DNA of 64,000 nt from Rhodospirillales bacterium (GTDB lineage: Bacteria > Pseudomonadota > Alphaproteobacteria > Bin95): assembly GCA_038143065.1 (NCBI GenBank), contig JAYQLI010000033.1:37906-101905 (forward strand). Reading direction: 5' to 3'. Under the pieces are notes generated by a model. It did not search any database. It was not told the origin of the DNA and saw only the letters and a program-made list of their open reading frames with translations. Both the position numbers and the translations under genes were made by a program. This document shows, piece after piece, positions 35,573 to 45,832 of the stretch (positions are counted from its first letter, which is position 1; the number at the start of each line of letters is the position of its first letter).

Positions 35573-35847
35573 TGATTACAATTCTAGCTTTTGCCACGTT
35601 GGCCGTCGTTCTGATCATCGTGCTGGTGGTCGCCTATCACCTGATCGGCATTTTTGTATCTTTAAAGCGTGGTGCTAACCACCTCGAAGCCCTGGCGGGC
35701 GGTCTGATTGCCATACGCGATAATACGATACCGCTGAACGGACGGGTGGATGAAATTAATGCTGGATTGACCGGCTTAGTGGAGCCACTCCTGGCAACAA
35801 ATAGCAACCTAGGCACGATTGTGAAGATCACTAGTGGCAGGTCGTAA
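35572..35847 (+). CDS. single-pass membrane protein TM5 (HylTM-like)
   Basis: MITILAFATLAVVLIIVLVVAYHLIGI...LAGGLIAIRDNTIPL. Confidence 0.8.
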   Translation: MITILAFATLAVVLIIVLVVAYHLIGIFVSLKRGANHLEALAGGLIAIRDNTIPLNGRVDEINAGLTGLVEPLLATNSNLGTIVKITSGRS

Positions 35848-35876
35848 ACCTAAATCAAAAGAAGAGGAATCTTTTA

Positions 35877-37746
35877 ATGTGCTTTGAAAATCTCCCAATC
35901 GAATTTGATAAGGATGGGAATGCATTTCTTAAGGACGGTATTCGCAATCCCTATGAATATCAGACGCGTACGATTGAAGAGCGCAATGCCAAGCTGAAAG
36001 AAGTTGCCGTAAAAAACGGACAGCTTGCTGATGTGGATTTCGACCCAGTTACCCGAGTTGCGGGCGCTCTGGCATTCCACTCAACGGTTGACCTCAAGAA
36101 AGGCACCGTCCTTGAGACTAATGCGATGGCTACATTGTTCCGTGGCTATGAGGTGATCCTGCGCGGTCGCGATCCGCGTGACGCTGCTTTTATCTCATCG
36201 CGCGCTTGTGGTGTTTGCGGTGGGGTACATTCGTACATCGGCGCTGTCAATTGAGATGGCTCTCGACATTAAGCCGCCTCCAATGGGCATTGTGGTTCGC
36301 AACCTGTTGCTTTCTTGTGAATATCTCTATGACAACCCGCTTCACCTCTTTGTGTTGTCAGGACCAGATTTTCTGAATCGCTGGTGAAGATGACCAATCC
36401 GGAAATCTGGGAAAAGGCTAAAAGCGCGGCTGCACCGGGGTATGAGACGCACGGTTATAAAAAGATTTCTGAGATTATGAGTGATCTTAATCCGCTTACC
36501 GGAAAGCTGTATCTTGAAGCTCTGAACATGACCCGCGTCGCGCGTGAAGTATATGTACTTTTGGGTGGTAAGTATCCACACCCTGAGACAATCATTCCGG
36601 GCGGTGTTACAACCACCATAACGACAACGACTTTCAACGAATTCTATCTGAAGATGTCGCAGTTTTTTGATTATGCGAAGAAATGTGTGGCCATCTGGGA
36701 TGACGTATTCGACTTCTTCTACGAGTGCGATCCGCGCTACAAAGGATGTTGGCAGAATTCCCGCGACGATGGTCGATTTTGGTCAGTGGGACCATGAGGA
36801 CCATTACGATGCGAGCTATGAGAACTGCAATGAGTGGGGTGAGAAGCGGTGGTCGACACCCGGCGTTGTCATCGACGGCAAGCTGGTCACCACTCGCCTG
36901 ACGGACATCAATGTTGGTTTGGAAGAGTTTGTCGAGCATTCGTACTATGAGAAATGGGAGGATTATCCCTTCAAAACAGACCCACTCGGCAATCCGCTGT
37001 CTCCGAACCACCCATGGAATAAAACGACCATTCCACGGCCAGGTGCGCAGAACTGGAAAGAGCGTTACAGTTGGTCTACCACACCAACTTGGGACCGACA
37101 GACGTTCGAAGCTGGCGCTTATGCAAGGATGTATATTTCGGCTCTTGCTCAGAAAATTCCGCATAGTGAGTATTTCGAGTCCACTGGCCACAGCATGAAG
37201 TTGAACATCCCGAAGGCTAACCTGCCGGAAGCCAACCTCGAATGGAATGTTCCGGATGTCTGGAACGCGTTTGAGCGTAACCGGGCGCGGGCCTATGCGG
37301 TTGCGTTCCAACCTTCTTGTGACCATGGAAAACCTTACTCGTGCTCTTGATCTTCAAAAGAAGGGTGAAACTCAGGTTGCGACCCCATTTGAAATTCCAA
37401 AGAAAGGCCATTCCATAGGTGTTGGTTTCTGGGGGCTGGACGGGGCTTCCTCAGTCATCACTGCGAGATTAAAGATGGGCTGCTGGCTAACTATCAGATA
37501 GTGACGCCCTCGACGGTGAATGCCTGTCCGGCAACTCCGTGGGGGGCGGTCCGTATGAAGGCTGTGTTGAATACACCGATTATCGAAACAACGTTCAAGG
37601 ACGAGAGCGACTTCCAGGGTATTGATATCCTTCGGGCGTTGCGCTCATTTGATCCTTGTATGCCTTGCACCACGCACGTGATGGTTGAGGGATCTGACCG
37701 GGTTGTTACCCGTGAGGTGACCACATGTGCCTGTGGTATTGATTGA
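35877..37746 (+). CDS. hylL: [NiFe]-hydrogenase large subunit, group 1l-like, frameshifted
   Basis: MCFENLPIEFD, FDPVTRVAG, FRGYE, L1 SRACGVCGGVH, L2 RSFDPCMPCTTH, then a tail ending CACGID. Confidence 0.93.
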
Positions 37747-37754
37747 CACGGCAC

Positions 37755-38402
37755 ATGGACGCGCCAACGGTAATGGTGGGGATCGTAGGGTACTCAGCGG
37801 TGGTGAAAGCTATCCGCTGGGACCTCACTTGCTGGAAGAGCTCGAAGCGATCTTTGGTGAAGACCCAAATGTGATACTTGAGAATTTCACATGGAGCCCT
37901 GTACATATCGTACAACGTTTGCAGGGCGGAGAAATGGAGCGACCCGACCGGGTTATTCTGGTCGGTCTCGCAGCAGACACCAATAAGCCCGGCACAGTAT
38001 CCGCGCATCGCTGGATTGGTGGATCACAGCCGGAAGTCATGGTGCAGGAACGTATTTACGAGGCTGTCACAGGCATCGTCGATCTAGAAAACACGTTGAT
38101 GATCGGCAGCTATTTTAAGGTGTGGCCAACGGAATGCCTGACAGTGGAGGTCGATCTTGCCGCTGACACGTTCGGGCGTTTGGTCATGGCTGAGAATGGT
38201 GGCAGGGACAGCGAAAGAATTGGAGCGCGAACTTGGATATTCGCCCATTGCTGTCAGGAAACAGATGGTGGAGGCAGTCAGGTCGCTGGTATTGAACGGA
38301 ATTGCGGCGAAGGATCCGGTTCTAAAAGACAAGGACGCCGATATGCTGTCGCCAATTCGTTCCTTTTCAGAAACGCATGTAGCTAACTTGTTAGGAGACT
38401 AG
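37755..38402 (+). CDS. divergent hydrogenase maturation protease-like protein, frameshifted
   Basis: ENFTWSPVHIVQRL...DRVILVG...ERIYEAVTGIVDLENTL...WP.ECLTVEV resembles the HybD/HupD fold; directly follows the large subunit. Confidence 0.55.
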
Positions 38403-38405
38403 GAG

Positions 38406-38764
38406 ATGAGCCAAGATAAAGAATCTGTAGCGCTCGACAGGATGATTGTCCGCGAAGACGTGCTGCAGATTTGTTACTGGTTTCAGGGTGAGGGGGTTTT
38501 GGCAATAGTTTTACGCCACAATCCGTCATGCCGTTCCTGCAAAATAATATTGATGTCGTGACTGAAGTGATGAGTGATCTTTCTAAGGATGGTACACTGA
38601 CCTTTGAAAATGGTGCTTACAGCTTCAGCGACGGCGGCAAGCGGCAGGCCGGCGCCATGTTCTATGACAGTTTCACTGAATTCCAGCAGGGAACCCACGG
38701 CGAATGCAACGCAGGTTGTTGTGATGGCGACGAGGTTTGCGATCACGAACACCATCACCATTAA
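38406..38764 (+). CDS. small helical (winged-helix-like) protein with Cys/His-rich tail, frameshifted
   Basis: REDVLQICYWFQGEG...YSFSDGGKRQA...HGECNAGCCDGDEVCDHEHHHH. Confidence 0.7.
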
Positions 38765-38778
38765 GGACAAGTGAGTCG

Positions 38779-39502
38779 ATGCAGATTGAAGACACGGAGC
38801 AGTCGTTGGTCGGTTACCGCACCAACGAGGAATGGCAGGATTTGCTGGCGCAGGCTGCAACGATGCTGGGCGCGCTGGATGAAATCGAAGACGAGGCAAC
38901 CCGCCAAAAGGTATTTTCCGCGATGGCGTGAAATTGATTCTGTCCATCGTGAAGCATTACATCGTCTGGTCCGACTTTTCAAAGAAGGCGTTCTTGAACA
39001 GGTTGTGACCGACCCGGCAATCAATTCTTTAATGGGAATGTATGACCTTCTTCCGCCTGAAACGCCCGGCTGTGCCAAGGTCTGGGATTTTATGGGGAAC
39101 GATGATGACGCTGACTCTGTGAGCCAGGAACAGGCGGTATCGGCAAGCGAGGTTACCATCCTGCCCCACTGGTCACCCGCACCGCCAAATGCGGTCGTCG
39201 AGGAAGGGTCTGCATATATATGTGAGATGGAAGAGGCGCGCGTCCTGCTTGTGCGTGTCGATGGCAATGATTATGCGCTGGAAGCAGAATGCCCAATTCA
39301 TAAAAAGTCTTTTGCCGACGGCCGGCTCGACAAGATGTTGTGGCACTGCGGTGAGGGGCCGGGATGTAGCTATGATATTCGCAACGGCAAGCGGTTGGGC
39401 GGCGGACAGGGTCTTAATTGTTTCCCGGTACGTGTTGAATCCGATGGTCGACGCATGATCGGCTTCGGAGTTCCGTTTGAACCCAAACTACCAGCTTTTT
39501 AA
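38779..39502 (+). CDS. hydrogenase accessory protein: helical N-domain plus degenerate Rieske-like domain
   Basis: HREALHRLVRL...DPAINSLMGMYDLLP; C-terminal ECPIH...CGEGPGCSYDIRNG...LNCFPVRVE. Confidence 0.65.
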
Positions 39503-39505
39503 AAA

Positions 39506-40011
39506 ATGGCGATCTTGGTTTCAGGTGTTGGTAATGAATTGAAAGGAGATGACGCCTTCCGGAATTCGTGCTGTGCAATGTCTGGATGATGACCCAAGGA
39601 AGCCTGAAAAGCTGCGTAACCCAACAAACAGGTATCGGTGGCATACATCTGGTTCAGGAATTGATGCGTGGGTATGAACTACTCATTCTGTTTGATGCAT
39701 TTGATCGTGGCGGCTCGCCAGGTGATCTGTGGTTGCTGGAACCTGATCTACCAAAGGCAGAAGAGATGACCCACGGTGAGCGCCGCGACTATTTCGCGGA
39801 TGTGCATTACGCGACACCCGTAAGGGCGTTGACACTGGCGCAGTCGGTGGGAGCCTTGCCCCCGCTGGTCCGCATAATCGGCTGTCAGCCTCAACAACTG
39901 GACACATTTGATACCGAGATGCACCAAACGGTGGCTGCTGCAGTGCCAAAAGCAGTTGATATGGCAATCGAAGTCATAGTCCAACTCGAGAAAAGGCAGA
40001 ATAAGGGGTAA
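39506..40011 (+). CDS. hydrogenase maturation endopeptidase (HupD/HybD family), frameshifted
   Basis: VSGVGNELKGDD, GIGGIHLVQEL, ILFDA, DVHY, IIGCQP. Confidence 0.88.
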
Positions 40012-40040
40012 AAAACAAAAACTTTACAAGGAGGGTAGGA

Positions 40041-41131
40041 ATGTTTATGCAACAAAAGCCTAACAAAATGTCCACGATAGTCGCATTACTTGCTTGCATA
40101 AGTACAGGGGCAGCCGCGGACCAAATCAGCATTGTTGATCAGCGTGATCGCACCGTCACGCTTGATGGTGAAGCAAAACGCGTTGTCACCATCCCAATTC
40201 CGGCAGCATCGATGTTTATCTCGGTTGATGGTGGTACAGACCGCCTCGTTGCTATGCACCAGTTGTCAAAAACGGCGATCAAAGGCCGTATCTTGCAACG
40301 GTTCTACCCTGATGCCCTGTCCATTCCATCGAACATCACAGGTAAGGGTTTTAGCTTTGTTCCTAATGCAGAAAGGCTTTTGGCCCTCGAACCCGATCTT
40401 GTGTTCCAGTGGGGACATCTGAATGATGACATCATCGACCCCCTAGTCAATGCAGGTCTGAACGTGGCGTTGATCAAGATTGGTCCCGAGGCCGCCACCC
40501 GCAAATGGCTGAACATCATGGGCACGGTGACCGGCAAGCCTGAAAAGGCAAAGGCGATGATCAAATGGCGTGACGAGGTCATGGCAAGAATTGAAAACTG
40601 CTACAGCGGATATCGCTGATGACCAAAAGCCGCGCACGCTCTATTTCATGAATTACCTGTCGAAACTTCGTGTGGCAGGCGGTCCATCCTACAACAATTT
40701 CTATATCAATCTGGCCGGTGGCAAGAATCCAGCGCGTGAATTGGGAATGTTCCAAGAAGTGGGTATCGAACAAGTCATCGCCTGGGATCCGGAAGTCATT
40801 CTGCTTAACGGTTTCGAAGCCAAACTGAGCCCACAGGATGTTTACAACAATCCCAATTTGGCGGATGTGGCTGCGGTCAAGAACCGCCGTGTCTACAAGA
40901 TGCCGCTTGGCGGTATCGCGCTGGGACCCGCCTAATCAGGAAAGCCCGCTGACATGGCTCTGGCTGTCGATGATCCTGCATCCCGAAAAATTTAAGTGGG
41001 ACATGTACGAGCGTATCAACAGCGGTATCAACTCATGTACGGTCAGGATGTTTCGAAGGATGATGTAGAGAACATCCTTCGTTTTGACATGAACGCAGAT
41101 GCTGCTAATTATGATATGTTTTCAGGGCTAG
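40041..41131 (+). CDS. type II ABC transporter substrate-binding protein (siderophore/B12/metal-chelate class), frameshifted
   Basis: Signal peptide, DQRDRTVTL, NAERLLALEPDLV, EQVIAWDPEVI, AVKNRRVYKMP. Confidence 0.85.
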
Positions 41132-41140
41132 GCCTATTGA

Positions 41141-42181
41141 ATGAACCTCAATGCAAAAACAATAGTCCCAGCCGCTGTTAAGCGGCTGGGGATAATGAGG
41201 TTTTTGTTAGGCGCTCTTGGGATTTCCATCGTGATCTCCCTTGGCATTGGGCGCTTTTGGCGTGCCGATTGCTCACGTAGCCGCCATTCTGCTTGATGGC
41301 ATTATCCCCTTGGAGCCAACTTGGAAACCTGTTGAGGAACGTGTTGTTGAACTAATCCGTATGCCCCGCATCCTGATTGCCGGGCTTGCCGGCGCAGGGC
41401 TTGCCGTGGCTGGTGCCGCGCTGCAGGGGGTTTGCAATCCCGCTGGTGGGGCCGCAGATCATCGGTGTGTCATCCGGTGCTGCTTTCGGTGGTTCTTTTG
41501 CAATTCTGATATCCGAAAGCCAATTCATATTGATCGGGGCGGCATTTGGTTCTGGAATTCTGGCGATGGTGATTGTCTACGCGGTCAGCCCGGCAGCAAG
41601 GACGCGCCTCAATCCTTATGCTGGTGCTTTCGGGAATTGTGACCAGCGCGTTTCTTTCGCCGTGATTTCAGTACCAAATTCGTTGCCGACCTGACGATAA
41701 ACTGCCAGCCATCGTTTTCTGGTTGATGGGTAGTTTTGCATCTGCAAGCTATGAAAAAGGTGGCGCTGATAGGCATTCCGGTGGCAATCGGAACCATCGT
41801 TATCTATCTCATGCGCTTTCAGATCAACGTACTGTCCTTGGTGATGAGGAGGCCCAGTCCTTGGGGCTGAAGGTTGAAAGGACACGCTGGATTGCTCTTG
41901 TGGCGGTGGCATTGATCAGTGCGGCTGTAGTTGCCGCTGCGGGTATCGTTGGCTGGTTGGACTGGTGATTCCACATTTTGCGCGAATGCTTACCGGCCCG
42001 GATCACCGGGTTCTGATACCGGCGTCGGCGTTGATTGGGGGGGTATATTTGATTCATGTCGACAATGTCGCCAGAGCGTCTATCGCGGCGGAAATACCTG
42101 TGGGCATTATTACCGCCATGCTTGGCGCGCCAGTCTGCCTTTTATTGCGCCGCGCTGCCAACAGGTTGGTCGTCCAAATGA
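41141..42181 (+). CDS. FecCD/BtuC-type permease, frameshifted
   Basis: [48 protein letters not shown]. Confidence 0.88.
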
Positions 42182-42909
42182 TCAAGGTTCAACAGGCTGC
42201 TTTTCGGTATAGTGACGAATGGGTGTTTCGTAACGTCAGTTTCACCTTGGCCAAGGGGCAGACCGCGGCAATTCTTGGGCCGAACGGCAAGGGCAAGACC
42301 ACACTTTTGAAATCCATTATTGGACTGCATCCTCTAGCCGAGGGATCAGCCGAAACCGTTGGCCAAATAGGATATGTCGCCCAGAAAAACGACATTGCCT
42401 TTTCCTACAAAGTGATTGATGTCGTCGTGATGGGACGCGCGGCGCATATTGGTTTGTTTCAAACACCAAGCCATAAGGATTATCAGATCTGAGGCATACT
42501 CTGGATCGACTTGGGATCAGTGATTTTGCCGAAAGGATATTCAGCCAGCTTTCGGGCGGCGAGCGTCAGCTGGTCATGATTGCACGGGCGCCTCAGATGT
42601 GGTGCTGGTGATGGATGAACCAACATCTGCGTTAGATTTCTTCAATCAGGCACTGATCATGAAGACTTTACGCCGGATCAGTGCGGAAGACGGGTTAACA
42701 GTCCTCATAACGACGCATGTGCCCCAGCAGGTACAAGTGCTGGCGGACAGGGTTTTGTTAATGTACGCGCCCGACGGGCAGGGTGAGAACTGGACAGGAC
42801 ATGCTGTCGGAGGAAAAATTGGAAGAGGCTTTATGGTGTGCCTATCAAATCGATAACGCTTCAGCATGAGGGCAACAGCATTTCAGCGCTTGTCCCGTTA
42901 TTTATCTAA
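42178..42909 (+). CDS. ABC transporter ATPase (FepC/BtuD-like), frameshifted
   Basis: [28 protein letters not shown]. Confidence 0.88.
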
Positions 42910-42931
42910 CCCCATCGACCGTCCGAAACGG

Positions 42932-43559
42932 TCATTTGTCTGTGTCGATGCGGGCTGCGATGAAGGCGTCCATGCTTTCACAATTTTTTGACAGTGCGGC
43001 GATTGACGGGAAGTCACTATCTGGAAGCGTTGCAGGGAAAATATGATTTACGAAGCTGAAAGCAGTCGCGCAGGTGATATCTGTCTGTAACAGGCTGTTC
43101 CCGTCAAATAATCCTTGCCTTTGAGCTTTTGCTCCAACAACTCAAACCCTTGTTTGCACTGCCGTAATAGCCTGTCTATACGCCCGGGTTCAGGAACAGC
43201 GCGACGGCGTTCGGCGTTTGCGGTCATTGAACGGTCGATTGCACCCGTGGTAACTGCCAATATCTGCAAGGCTTCGCGGCGGCGTTCGCCCGAGATAGGG
43301 ACCAGTGCGCGCGCCGGTCCAGCAGCCTCGTCATAATGATCAAGGATAGCGGAGCTTTCAATCAGTATTTTGCCGTTTTCAAGCTGTAATGCCGGCACCC
43401 TGCCTACCGGGTTTACCGCTTCGCGTTTTTCTTCGTCATCGACGGCCGATATCACCGAGTGTTCAAAAGAGATACCAGAATGTTGAGAGAAATACCAACC
43501 CGGCGAACATAGGGTGAGAGGAACCTGCCAAACAGGATGGGCGCATCGTTTTTCATCAT
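42932..43559 (-). CDS. glutathione S-transferase family protein, frameshifted
   Basis: SPYVRRV, NPVGRVPAL, ILIESSAILDH. Confidence 0.85.
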
Positions 43560-44110
43560 GATACTGGTCGCACTGCGATGATTGACTGCTTCTTCAGGGG
43601 CAAGTGCCAAAAGTTTTTGAAAATTGAATTGTATGTTTCTAAATTCCATGGCTTCTGATGGCGAGGCTTTGCTAAGTGCAATGGCGCGACGACAGGATGG
43701 ATGAATCGCTGGGCAGCATGCCCGGCTTAAGGCCTAATTCAATAATCTGGCGTTCATCTGAGATCTGGAAAAAATATGCACCTTTCGCGGCTTCAATGGT
43801 CCCGGTTTTGCGTCTGGAATGACGCTATAGGCGTCGCGCGAAACGGCACGCGTCACCATTTCAAAACCGTCCCTTGTTCCAGGTCCTGGAAATCCACTGG
43901 CAACTGTTATCTCGTTGCGCTTTGGGGGGTGTCGCTCCAGATTTTTTGCCAGGCTGCTTCCGCAACTTTAAAGCGAAACGGTGAGATGCGTATACTAAAT
44001 TGTAAATCGGACAGATCCTCAAATTCGAATGTGATGGTTGGATGCTGAATATCTCAATAATGATAAATTTCAAACTCGTTCATCTGAAAATATACTGAAC
44101 CTTCAGCCAT
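43556..44110 (-). CDS. hypothetical protein, broken by frameshifts/stop
   Basis: Stitched frames give a plausible protein (MAEGSVYFQ...AWQKIWSDTP...FQISDERQIIELG...) running into the GST start. Confidence 0.35.
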
Positions 44111-44387
44111 GTTTCAAAATTTTTAAAAAAAATCAACATTTGATGATAGCATTTGAAAAAATTTTGAGAATTGCTGGGGGTATTGGAGCAAGATCTGAAC
44201 AGGCGCGGTAGGTGATATAAACAAGCCGCATGGAGATGGGTAGGTCTAGTATTGGACCAACAGAAATTTTGACGGCATGTTCAGATTGTGGACATGACGA
44301 CTATCTTCCGTATGACGCCCTTCAGGCTGATAGGCACTAACTCAACCTATTGATATCGATTTCAAAGCTTCAAAATCGATATAGGAA

Positions 44388-44429
44388 ATAATCCGCGTGT
44401 CGGGGGTTCGAGTCCCTCCTCCGCTACCA
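44388..44429 (+). repeat. att site: 42-bp 3' copy of tRNA-Met
   Basis: ATAATCCGCGTGTCGGGGGTTCGAGTCCCTCCTCCGCTACCA identical to the tRNA 3' end. Confidence 0.95.
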
Positions 44430-44571
44430 TTTCTTTCAATAATATCAATGAATTTAGCGTCTCAAAAATCGATTTTGAGGCGATTTTTCCATTACACACC
44501 TCTTACACACTTTTTGGTTGGCTTCCAGACGCTCCAGACTATATCGTTTTTATAGTGATTGGATGTGTCAG

Positions 44572-45808
44572 ATGCCTGTTTTGAGTGAAGATTCTGTGTT
44601 GGTTATGGATGGAGCTGTAAAGCTTTACAGGCGTGAGAGAAGCCGCAAATGGCAGGCGGCCTTCCAAATAGACGGCCAATACATTCGCATTTCGACTGGC
44701 AAGAGTGATTTAGACGAAGCCAAACAGGCCGCGTCTGACAGCTATTTGGAATACAAGTTCCGCCAGAAGAATGGCGTGCCAGTTGTCTCAAAGCGCTTCT
44801 CAGATGTAGCTAAACTGTGCATCACAGAAATGAACAAGCAGCTAGAAAGTGGCGTTGGAAAGAGAGTCTATCGCGACTATGTGATTGTGCTTGAGAAATA
44901 TCTAATCCCGTTCTTTGGCAAGAAGCATGTCACCAGCATCACCTACGAAACACTCCAGAAATTTGCACGCTGGCGCGAACAGCAGATGGGCAGGGAGCCC
45001 AAAGCATCAACGCTGAACACACATAACTCTGCTCTTAACAGAGTGTTTGATGAGAGTGTTGCGCGTGGCTTTATGAACAAAACACAGGTGCCAACACTGA
45101 TCAACAAGGGTAGGGATAGTGAGAGACGGCCAGATTTCTCCCAAGAAGGAATATGCTTCAATGATCCGTAAATTGCCGCACTGGATCAACAAGACACAGC
45201 ATCCAAAGTCAGTCCACATGCGTGAGCTACTGAGAGACTATGTGCTGATCATGGCCAATACAGGCATGAGACATGGCACAGAAGCACAAAACCTCAAATG
45301 GCAGCACATCACTCAGTTTGAAGACAAAGGACAGAGCTATCTTGAGATGAGTGTGAGTGGCAAGACAGGCCGCAGAGATATTATCTGTAGGTCTGGCACT
45401 ATCAATTATCTCAAGCGCATCCACGAGCGCTCAGAGGACATAAAGCACCTAGAGTTTGAAGAATTACTAAAGCAGCGATTAGATCTGCCAGTGTTCCGTT
45501 TAAGAGATGGAACAGTCACTAATGCTCTTCACCAAACATTTAGAAATTTTCTCAAAGAGAACGAACTGTTGATTTGTCCGAGGACAGGCCAGGCTCGCAC
45601 GCTCTACAGCCTCAGACACACATATGCGACATTTGCTCTGCTGAAAGATGGCATGGACATCCATACACTCGCTATTCAGATGGGCACTTCAATACAGATG
45701 ATAGAGCGTCACTACAGTCATTTGACGCCGCGATTGAAGAAAGACATGCTCACAGGCAAAAGGTATGAGTTGTCGCGGGATGAGTTTGAGAAGCTTGCTG
45801 ATAGATAA
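44572..45808 (+). CDS. tyrosine integrase of island 3 (one frameshift near 45150)
   Basis: NTGMRHGTE, GKTG, LYSLRHTYAT, QMGTS, RHY; immediately inside the att site. Confidence 0.92.
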
Positions 45809-45832
45809 ATCCAGATCAAGAAGGGAATAGTT

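Larger units (their letters stand above)
24426..44429. mobile_element. genomic island 2 at tRNA-Met ([NiFe]-hydrogenase cargo)
   Basis: Flanked by tRNA-Met partial copies; truncated integrase at left end; IHF-like sites at 24439-24451 and 44343-44355. Confidence 0.88.

Noticed and set aside
35877-37746. [NiFeSe] hydrogenase or programmed recoding
   Set aside because: L2 motif is all-Cys (CMPC) with no in-frame TGA; frameshifts are scattered like those in rpoN and fit sequencing error
41166-41191. Strong hairpin CCCAGCCGC-GCGGCTGGG as terminator
   Set aside because: No U-tract and it probably lies in the permease 5' coding region; at most an mRNA-stabilising element after the SBP gene
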